Shown here one piece after another: positions 54,428 to 61,337 of a DNA stretch of 64,000 nucleotides; position 1 is the stretch's first letter; each line of letters opens with the position of its first letter. Origin of the DNA: an uncultured Candidatus Saccharibacteria bacterium (GTDB taxonomy: Bacteria > Patescibacteriota > Saccharimonadia > Saccharimonadales > Saccharimonadaceae); NCBI GenBank assembly GCA_947085525.1, contig CAMTWU010000003.1, positions 25,866 to 89,865 of the forward strand, given 5' to 3'. Both the position numbers and the translations under genes were made by a program. The notes below the pieces were generated by a model that saw only the letters and a list, made by a program, of their open reading frames with translations, searched no databases and was not told where the DNA came from.

Positions 54428-54762
54428 AGTTGACCAGAGGTAGCAACTTCGCTTGTTATTCGTCCTTCTCGGCAGGAACGAACAACGCCTCTGGCACACT
54501 TGTGGGTGAGTGGCTAGCGACCGCCGAAGCGAGAAACGCATTCTTGCGCGGCGCCGCCTCCTCCGCCACGACGGTTCATGCCGCTGCCGCCCTGACAGTG
54601 ACCACGAAAGCCACCGCCATTGCGTCACTTGACCTTTTCGCCAGTCTGGCGATTTGTTCCGCGAATCCCTACCATCGCATCTCCTTGTCTCGATTGAAAA
54701 CGGATGTTCTCAATTATCTTTTATATTAATACGCCTAGGCTCAATAGTCTATAGTAGACGAC

Positions 54763-55689
54763 ATGATAGTTGGAATTGACGAAGTAGGACGGGGTGCATG
54801 GGCAGGGCCACTAGTCGTTGGGGCGGTTGTACTGGGCGGTGCACAGATCGATGGTTTGACCGATAGCAAAAAGCTAACCGCAAAGCGTCGCCGAGAACTG
54901 GCGAGTGAAATCAAAGAAAAAGCTATGGCGATTGGTTTGGGTTGGGTATCAGCTGAGACAATTGACAAGATTGGTTTATCCGAAGCACTAAAAATGGCGA
55001 CCAGACTAGCGGTCAAAGAAATAAATGTTGAGTACGACGAGATCATTATAGATGGCACAATCAAACTACTGGATGATGATAGAGTTACGACAATGAAGCA
55101 AGCTGATTTGTTAGTTCCCAGTGTGTCAGCCGCCAGTATAGTTGCCAAAGTTGCTCGTGACTATTATATGAGTGAAGTTATTCACGCACAACATCCACAG
55201 TACAGCTTTGATCGACATGTTGGCTACGGTACGGCATTGCACTCCACGGCACTGACTGAACATGGGCCGATAGAACTACATCGGCTGAGCTTTACACCCG
55301 TCAAAAAAGCGCTAGGACTCGAAATATCACAACCAGTAAAGGTTGATAAAGTCGTTGAGACCGCAGGTCGTCAGGCAGAGGCTGTAGCTGCACGGTATCT
55401 TGCTAATCAAGGATATGAAATCTTGGCACAAAACTGGCGTACCAAATTATGCGAAATCGATATTGTGGCGCAAAAAGACCAGGTAGTACATTTGGTCGAA
55501 GTAAAATATCGCAAAAAGCAGACTCAAGGTGATGGCTTGCAAGCAATTACTCCTAAAAAATTACGACAAATGAAATTCGCTGCACGTATGTGGCAACATT
55601 GGCACGGATTCACGGGCGGCATGCAGCTGAGCGTCATATCAATGAGCGGCCAACCACCTCAGGTTGATGAATTTTTGGAAAGTATTTAG
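54763..55689 (+). CDS. rnhB: Fusion of ribonuclease HII and a YraN (UPF0102) endonuclease-like domain
   Basis: The N-terminal 190 aa or so is MIVGIDEVGRGAWAGPLVVGAVVL...DSKKL...ASIVAKV.RD (RNase HII). The C-terminal 110 aa or so is GRQAEAVAARYLANQGYEILAQNWR.KLCEIDIVAQK...VHLVEVKYR (YraN). Confidence 0.85.
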   Translation: MIVGIDEVGRGAWAGPLVVGAVVLGGAQIDGLTDSKKLTAKRRRELASEIKEKAMAIGLGWVSAETIDKIGLSEALKMATRLAVKEINVEYDEIIIDGTIKLLDDDRVTTMKQADLLVPSVSAASIVAKVARDYYMSEVIHAQHPQYSFDRHVGYGTALHSTALTEHGPIELHRLSFTPVKKALGLEISQPVKVDKVVETAGRQAEAVAARYLANQGYEILAQNWRTKLCEIDIVAQKDQVVHLVEVKYRKKQTQGDGLQAITPKKLRQMKFAARMWQHWHGFTGGMQLSVISMSGQPPQVDEFLESI

Positions 55690-55793
55690 ACAAGACTCAT
55701 ACATCATTCACTCAGGTCGCTTGCTTGCCAGGGCAATGCAAGACAAGCTCCTCGGGAAACGAGAGCCTTCACGAATAATATATGAGTCTTGTC
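55689..55793. repeat. 105-nt intergenic element closed by a perfect 13-bp inverted repeat, with two internal hairpins
   Basis: GACAAGACTCATA (55689-55701) pairs with TATGAGTCTTGTC (55781-55793). Inside are CTTGCTTGCC..GGCAATGCAAG and CTCCTCG-ggaaa-CGAGAG. The ends coincide with the stops of rnhB-yraN and the Y-family polymerase gene. Confidence 0.8.
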
Positions 55794-57061
55794 TATGACA
55801 AATTACCAAACGCTATCGAGTCACCAGCGATATTTTCGGTGCCAATCATCGTTGCAGGTATCAACGCAAAGTCACCATAACGATCGTTGACACTATTCAT
55901 AGCCCTCGCAATTGCGCTACGATCTGCCAGTGGTCGTCCCGTGAGATTCATCACTAATTGTTCAGGATTAACAGGGTGAAAATCAAAGGTAGTAACAGAC
56001 AGTAGACTGACTAATCCCGCATCTTTCGGTGCATGTGTATCTATAAGGTCACGCGCTGCCCGAAATACGTCTTGTGTTGTGATGAGTTGATGTGGGACAT
56101 GATGAGATTTGTGCCAATAGGGTGAGCGCACATGGCGCAAGCCAACACGTATACCTGTAGCACTGACGTCTCGGCCGCTCAGCCGCCTGGCTATCTTTTG
56201 CGAGAGTTTAAATATGATCGGGTCTAGTTGATCATGAGGTAGTTTTTCTTTCATTGCATACTGATGGCCAATTTGACTGCCAGTTTTCCAATCACGATCA
56301 TCAACTTCCCAGCCTCGTAGACGTAACCACCAATAATAACCCACAATACCACCGAATATAGCTCGCAGTTTCTGTGGATCAGCCTGGGCAAAATCAGACA
56401 CAGTATTGATACCAGCTAGTTGCAGGCGTACGCTGTAGCGTCTATCAATCCCCGGTAGATCTTTCAGGTCTAGCTCGCTAAAAATCTGATCTATATTGTG
56501 ACTATCAATTATATCCAGTCCATCTGGTTTATGCAGTCCCGCGGCTAGTTTAGCCAAAAGCCGATTGGACGCGATACCAACATTGCAACTAACCGCTTCG
56601 CCAACATGCACACGAATTTGGTCTTTGATCTCTCGTCCAATCTGTTCTATTGTTTTGCCGTCACGCAACGCTTTGCTATTGCTTAGGTCGATCACAAACT
56701 CGTCAATACTCTTTGCTGATATTTGATCAGTGTAGTTTTCTAACACCTTGCGAAATAACCGATGAGCCTCACGATATTTTAGTGGATCAACAGTAGTGAT
56801 ATGTATGGTAGGACAGATCTTTTTGGCTTCCCATACGCGTGTTCCGAGTTTTATACCCAAGTATTTTGCTTCATAACTAGCGGCTAATATGATGCCGCCA
56901 GGACTGTCATAGGCGACAATTCCAACCGGCTGACCACGCCAATGGCGCCGAGCTTGCTGTTCTATTGTGGCAAAACATGAATTGAGATCGATGTGCATGA
57001 TAGTAGGGGATGCCTGGTTAACACCTAATTCAATCTTGCTGGCGCTGTGTTTTATTGGCAC
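55793..57061 (-). CDS. Y-family (DinB/UmuC-type) translesion DNA polymerase
   Basis: 422 aa. It shows MHIDLNSCFATIEQ...YEAKYLGIK...SIDEFVIDL, the IMS-family catalytic pattern. Confidence 0.85.
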   Translation of the reverse strand: MPIKHSASKIELGVNQASPTIMHIDLNSCFATIEQQARRHWRGQPVGIVAYDSPGGIILAASYEAKYLGIKLGTRVWEAKKICPTIHITTVDPLKYREAHRLFRKVLENYTDQISAKSIDEFVIDLSNSKALRDGKTIEQIGREIKDQIRVHVGEAVSCNVGIASNRLLAKLAAGLHKPDGLDIIDSHNIDQIFSELDLKDLPGIDRRYSVRLQLAGINTVSDFAQADPQKLRAIFGGIVGYYWWLRLRGWEVDDRDWKTGSQIGHQYAMKEKLPHDQLDPIIFKLSQKIARRLSGRDVSATGIRVGLRHVRSPYWHKSHHVPHQLITTQDVFRAARDLIDTHAPKDAGLVSLLSVTTFDFHPVNPEQLVMNLTGRPLADRSAIARAMNSVNDRYGDFALIPATMIGTENIAGDSIAFGNLS

Positions 57062-57312
57062 GGCTCGATCTCCTCGAGTGTCCAGACTAGGCTATGGCTA
57101 TGAAAGGCTAGTTTCATATACATTGATTGCGCTTCGTCAGTTAATGAAAAGTGGTGAATAGTGTGATAACCATCACGAGTAGTGTGATGAAAATCAACTT
57201 TTCCTAGTTTGTACTGCTTGTGATTCCAGCGTAGCTGAGCAGGGATGAGAGGTGCTATTTTGCCACCAAATACTGCTATGACTGCTATTCGTTCGTTTAT
57301 ATTGAGACTCAC
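57052..57312 (-). CDS. 86-aa hypothetical protein translationally coupled to the Y-family polymerase
   Basis: GTG start behind AAAGGA. Its 3' end overlaps the polymerase start by 10 nt. No motif recognised. Confidence 0.45.
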   Translation of the reverse strand: MSLNINERIAVIAVFGGKIAPLIPAQLRWNHKQYKLGKVDFHHTTRDGYHTIHHFSLTDEAQSMYMKLAFHSHSLVWTLEEIEPCQ

Positions 57313-57453
57313 TTTAATAATCCTTTATCAATTTATAAGGTTTTTACTGCTATGTGACGCTAAGCCAATCAAGGCACGTCGGTAAAGAATTATTAAAGCT
57401 TGTTTGTAAAAATCTGCCGTGGCAAAAGTACAAACACTGCTAACGCTATAATA

Positions 57454-59979
57454 TCAGCGTTTTGCTACTTGTTCAAGTCGTGTGGCAACCTCTACCTTGT
57501 TGCTCTCGATCCACTCAATACGACTCTGGATTTCGCTCAGACCAATGTCGATTGTGCGCTGCAAAGCAATTTCGTCACGCATCGGTACAAAGAATTCACG
57601 AAACTTTTCCAAATATTCACTGCTAGAAAATGCGCTAGCGGTGTAGTAGACAAAATTATCATAGTGATGGTCGTTTTTGTATGATTTTTTGATCCACTGC
57701 CAGTTATTAGCTATCCATTCCCAAGCTTGGGCTCGGATAAATCGATTGCGGATCATGTAGGCGTACCAACCCGTGGCATCTTGTGGTCGAACGATAGACG
57801 AATCGGTGATGAGAGATAGCAATTTCTTGGCGGTTGCAGGGTCTTTTGTACTAGTGAGGCCAACGACGATATCTTGTTGTATGTCACTATTGCTAGTAGT
57901 TTTGTGATATTTTAACAACTCATCAATAACCGCATCACTATTGCTAGAATATTTCACAGCAGTACCTAGTATCATAGAGCGTAATTCACCACTGAGCTCG
58001 GCAATATCGTTGGCTGATTGGTATAACTCTAGCGCTTGGTCTGTTGCTTGCTGGTTTTCGGAATATAGCATCATACCAACTATCGTCGCACGCAGTTTTG
58101 TCTCGTCCTCAGACTCACCATCCTTAGCATGCCAGCCAAGTTTTTTGTATAGAGGTAGTGATACTTTCTCGGCAAACTTTTTTAAGTTCTTTTCTAATGT
58201 TGCATCATCTTCGCTAAAGCGTTTGAGATCAGCAAAACTTAGCCCAATTACGTCCCATACAGGTTGTAAAGTTTCGTTCTTGAATGCGTCCAGTAGATCT
58301 ACTAGTTCGGCAGTTGGTTTCAGTGAGCCTTTCGACAGCAAACTAGCTTCATTGAGTAACTGTAACTTATCAATATCGCTCAGCTTATCGATGTTAGCGA
58401 GTAACCGCGCCGTCAACTCCTGATCATAATCTGTCACAAAATATGATGTGTCGTTTTGGTTGAGCTTGATGTAATCACTTGTTATCTTGCTACTGATTGA
58501 TGGTTGATCCAAAATTTCTGGCAGTGCCGGGTCATTCGCAAAGAGAGGTACTGGCCACTGACGGTCATCTGCACCACCACCAATTTGGAAATGCTTTTGT
58601 TCTAAATTAAGTGTATCGCTAATAAGTGTTGCCTTGATGACTGGATAGCCTGACTGTGTCAACCACGTATCCATAAACGCCTCAATGTCTCTGCCAGATG
58701 TCTCGGCCAGAACTTTCCACAAATCATTGCCGGTAGTGTTGGCGTAGGCGTGGGTTTTAAAGTATTGCTTCAAGCCCTTACGAAATGCATCTTCACCAAT
58801 ATATGAACGGAGCATATTTAGTAAATTACCACCCTTTGCATAGACGATAGATGGATCAAACAGAGTACCAATTTCTTCTGGATCGTTAACTTCAACTTTG
58901 ACGGCCTGCACACCTGGCAGCGCATCTCGTCGTAGGGCTGCCAAGCCTTCATGTGAGGCAAAATCATTCCATACTTTCCAGTCAGGGTACAAGCTATCAG
59001 TGACAAGGTATTGCATCATGTTGGCAAAGCTTTCGTTGAGCCACAGATCATCCCACCAAGCCATAGTGACGAGGTTACCGAACCATTGATGAGAAGTTTC
59101 GTGGCCAATCACAGATGCAATCGTTTGTTTCGTGCTCACGGCAGTTGTGCTGTCAGCTAGTAGGTATGCTTCACGATAGGTCATCAGACCCCAGTTTTCC
59201 ATAGCGGCAGATGAAAAGTCAGGAACGGCTACGTGATCGGCTTTTGGTAGTGGATATGCGGTACCAAAGTAGTCATCAAAAAACTCAATTGAGCCGATAC
59301 CGGTTTTGAGTGCAAATTGCATGCTTTCCGCGCTCTGAGCTGGCGTCGCCCAAATATTCACATCTACACCCGATTTGGTCTTGCCAGATACGCTGTGCAG
59401 CTCACCAATCACAAATGCGAGTAGGTATGGTGACATCTTGGGTGAAGTTTCGAAGCTAGTTGTTAAACGATCATCGGCTGTGTCTTGCTGCTTGATTGGC
59501 ATGTTGCCGAGCACTTGTACACCAGTTTCGGTGTGTAGGGTTACGTCAAAGGTGGCTTTGGCGGCTGGCTCATCAACACATGGCAACAATTCACGAGCAT
59601 AGTGTGATTCTAGCTGGGTAATCAACAATTCTTTTTTCACTCCTTCATGTTCGAAATAGCAAGGGTACAGACCATGCAGTAAATCATTAATCTTGCCTGA
59701 AAACTCCAAAACCACTGTGATATCTGTGTCTACTAATGCACTGGTTGGAGTGATAGTGATCTCATCATTTTCGCCATATGTTACCTCTGCAGGTATCTTA
59801 TTTACCACCGCTTTTTTGATCGTCAGATCATTGCCGTGAAGACGCAATGTTGCGCCCATTTTCAGCTCGCCAGTAATAGTCACTGTTCCGCTAAACACCC
59901 TAGTGATACGTTGGATATCTAAATCGAGGCTGTAGTGGGTGGGTTTGAAGTCGTCATGTAGTCGTCGGAGTTTTGTCAT
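57454..59979 (-). CDS. pepN: M1-family aminopeptidase N
   Basis: GAMEN-type exopeptidase motif (SSAAMENWG) and the zinc site HETSHQWFGNLVT...WLNESFA. The start is set at MTKLRRLHDDFKPTHY (ATG at 59979). The 93 upstream codons of the track ORF run into the nusA leader. Confidence 0.9.
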   Translation of the reverse strand: MTKLRRLHDDFKPTHYSLDLDIQRITRVFSGTVTITGELKMGATLRLHGNDLTIKKAVVNKIPAEVTYGENDEITITPTSALVDTDITVVLEFSGKINDLLHGLYPCYFEHEGVKKELLITQLESHYARELLPCVDEPAAKATFDVTLHTETGVQVLGNMPIKQQDTADDRLTTSFETSPKMSPYLLAFVIGELHSVSGKTKSGVDVNIWATPAQSAESMQFALKTGIGSIEFFDDYFGTAYPLPKADHVAVPDFSSAAMENWGLMTYREAYLLADSTTAVSTKQTIASVIGHETSHQWFGNLVTMAWWDDLWLNESFANMMQYLVTDSLYPDWKVWNDFASHEGLAALRRDALPGVQAVKVEVNDPEEIGTLFDPSIVYAKGGNLLNMLRSYIGEDAFRKGLKQYFKTHAYANTTGNDLWKVLAETSGRDIEAFMDTWLTQSGYPVIKATLISDTLNLEQKHFQIGGGADDRQWPVPLFANDPALPEILDQPSISSKITSDYIKLNQNDTSYFVTDYDQELTARLLANIDKLSDIDKLQLLNEASLLSKGSLKPTAELVDLLDAFKNETLQPVWDVIGLSFADLKRFSEDDATLEKNLKKFAEKVSLPLYKKLGWHAKDGESEDETKLRATIVGMMLYSENQQATDQALELYQSANDIAELSGELRSMILGTAVKYSSNSDAVIDELLKYHKTTSNSDIQQDIVVGLTSTKDPATAKKLLSLITDSSIVRPQDATGWYAYMIRNRFIRAQAWEWIANNWQWIKKSYKNDHHYDNFVYYTASAFSSSEYLEKFREFFVPMRDEIALQRTIDIGLSEIQSRIEWIESNKVEVATRLEQVAKR

Positions 59980-59996
59980 AGATAATATTGTACCAC

Positions 59997-60025
59997 TTGC
60001 GTTAGTGACGAGCGTCGTGTATAGT
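59997..60025 (+). promoter_or_regulatory. Candidate nusA promoter
   Basis: TTGCGT (59997-60002), a 17-nt spacer, then TATAGT (60020-60025). Confidence 0.45.
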
Positions 60026-60038
60026 TGTACACAGTTAA

Positions 60039-60064
60039 CCGGACCTAATTGGCCCGGGTTTTTT
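60039..60064 (+). terminator. Terminator-like leader hairpin (candidate attenuator) upstream of nusA
   Basis: CCGGACC-taatt-GGCCCGG with one A-C mismatch, then g and TTTTTT. A second stem (60075-60108) and AAGGAG (60118-60123) precede the ATG at 60131. Confidence 0.5.
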
Positions 60065-60130
60065 AATAACGGGGCCCCCGAACGAAACCAGCGAAGCGTT
60101 TCGGGTGGGGCTGAGTAAAGGAGAAAAATA

Positions 60131-61255
60131 ATGGATGGAATAGACCTCAAACAACTCACAATGGCAGTTCGTACAATTGCCGAAGAAAAGAATCTACCTG
60201 AAGAAACGGTAGTAGAAGTAATCGAACAAGCAATCGCTGCTGCGTGGCGCCGTGACAATGGTGACCGTGATCAGCTAGTTAAAGCTGTGCTCAATACTAA
60301 TAGTGGCGAAGCAACAATTTCTGTTGGCCGCGAAGTGGTAGAGGAAGTCGAAAACGACATCAATGAAATTAGCCTAGAAGATGCTAAAAAAGTTAAAAAA
60401 GACGCTAAAATTGGCGACTTTATAGAAGAAAAAACTGAAATGGCCACAACTTTCGGTCGCGTTGCTGCGCAGACCGCAAAGCAAGTTGTCTTGCAACGCC
60501 TACGTGAAGCTGAGCGAGAAGTCGTCAGTGCTGCGTTTGAAGACAAAGTTGGCGAAATACTAAACGGTACAGTGCAACGTGTTGAACCACGTGTGGTTCG
60601 TATTGACCTCGGTAACGCAACGGGTATTATTCCTGCTAGCGAACAGATTCAGGGCGAATATTACTCTCCTGGCTCACGAGTTAAAGTGCTACTAAAAGAA
60701 ATCGAACGCGGTAACCGCGGCCCACAACTTATCTTGTCTCGTGCGAGTACTGGTTTTATCAAACTACTATTTGCTAGTGAAGTTCCAGAAATCGAAACAG
60801 GAGCAGTTGAAATCAAGACTATCGCCCGTGAAGCTGGCCGACGTTCCAAGATCGCCGTTGTCTCTAACGTTCCAGGTGTCGATCCAGTCGGTACATTCGT
60901 TGGTAGTCATGGTACACGTATCCAGGCTGTTATGAACGAAGTTGGTGACCAAGAAAAGATCGATATCATTTCGTATAACGAAGATACTCAGAGCTTTATC
61001 AAAGCTGCCCTATCTCCTGCAGAAGTCCAAAAGATCGAGATTGTCAGCGACAAAGAGGGTGACCGACGTGCCAAAGTATTTGTCAACGAAGATCAGCAAT
61101 CAATTGCGATCGGTCGTGGCGGTCAAAACGTACGTCTAGCCTCTCAACTAACTGGCTATGAATTAGACATTGAAACTGCTACCAAACCAGAAGCAAAACC
61201 TCGCAAAAACATCGAAGACTCCCTACTCAACGCCGTAGAAGAAGCTACAGAGTAG
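60131..61255 (+). CDS. nusA: Transcription termination/antitermination factor NusA
   Basis: 374 aa with the N-terminal RNAP-binding domain, an S1 domain (GEILNGTVQRVEPRVVRIDLG) and two KH domains (GxxG: IGRGGQNVRLAS). Confidence 0.95.
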   Translation: MDGIDLKQLTMAVRTIAEEKNLPEETVVEVIEQAIAAAWRRDNGDRDQLVKAVLNTNSGEATISVGREVVEEVENDINEISLEDAKKVKKDAKIGDFIEEKTEMATTFGRVAAQTAKQVVLQRLREAEREVVSAAFEDKVGEILNGTVQRVEPRVVRIDLGNATGIIPASEQIQGEYYSPGSRVKVLLKEIERGNRGPQLILSRASTGFIKLLFASEVPEIETGAVEIKTIAREAGRRSKIAVVSNVPGVDPVGTFVGSHGTRIQAVMNEVGDQEKIDIISYNEDTQSFIKAALSPAEVQKIEIVSDKEGDRRAKVFVNEDQQSIAIGRGGQNVRLASQLTGYELDIETATKPEAKPRKNIEDSLLNAVEEATE

Positions 61256-61257
61256 TA

Positions 61258-61284
61258 TTAGCACTCGGTTGACACGAGTGCTAA
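61258..61284. promoter_or_regulatory. CIRCE operator (HrcA binding site), perfect match to the consensus
   Basis: TTAGCACTC-ggttgacac-GAGTGCTAA equals the consensus TTAGCACTC-N9-GAGTGCTAA. The N9 spacer contains the -35 hexamer of the clpC promoter. Confidence 0.85.
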
Positions 61285-61296
61285 AAAGCGTATAAT
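61269..61296 (+). promoter_or_regulatory. Near-consensus promoter of clpC
   Basis: TTGACA (61269-61274), a 16-nt spacer, then TATAAT (61291-61296). SD ggagg lies upstream of the ATG at 61338. Confidence 0.65.
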
Positions 61297-61337
61297 TTTA
61301 GGTATACACTATACATATTTGGAGGTAGAATATAAGT

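Larger units (their letters stand above)
53360..54762. other. Compositionally atypical (GC-rich blocks, AT-rich spacers), ORF-poor island
   Basis: No ORF above 100 aa in 1.4 kb, although the rest of the window is densely coded. 44 of 60 nt are G/C in 53521-53580. Four strong hairpins and three promoter-like hexamer pairs lie on the minus strand. Confidence 0.7.

Noticed and set aside
54625-54627. UGA recoding at the TGA that interrupts the Gly-rich frame, either through an alternative genetic code (UGA=Gly or Trp) or as selenocysteine.
   Set aside because: The long conserved genes (dnaE, pheT, clpC, uvrB, pepN and others) contain no in-frame TGA, and several genes end in TGA. The standard code therefore applies. 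No sel genes or tRNA-Sec are visible in the window, and the local hairpin is not a convincing SECIS. It is kept only as a remote possibility inside the corresponding finding.
53802-54760. The GC-rich blocks of the island might be standard housekeeping RNAs (RNase P RNA, tmRNA, SRP/4.5S RNA or 6S RNA), which often appear as GC-rich islands in AT-leaning genomes.
   Set aside because: I found no GAGGAAAGUCC / ACAGAA..CCCGGCUUA pair for RNase P. There is no tRNA-like acceptor/T-arm with a CCA end or tag ORF for tmRNA. There is no GGAA tetraloop flanked by AGG.C.GG and AGCAGC for SRP. The partial look-alikes (ccggaaagttacagg, gggttcgaactgc, ctgatgacgag) have the wrong context, order or pairing. 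Only a covariance-model scan can exclude these definitively.
59980-60258. The 93-codon N-terminal extension of the pepN ORF, which gives the track ORF of 934 aa.
   Set aside because: The extension is Ser/Arg/Ile-rich nonsense that overlaps the nusA start and leader on the opposite strand. The M1 aminopeptidase homology begins at MTKLRRLHDDFKPTHY (ATG at 59979).
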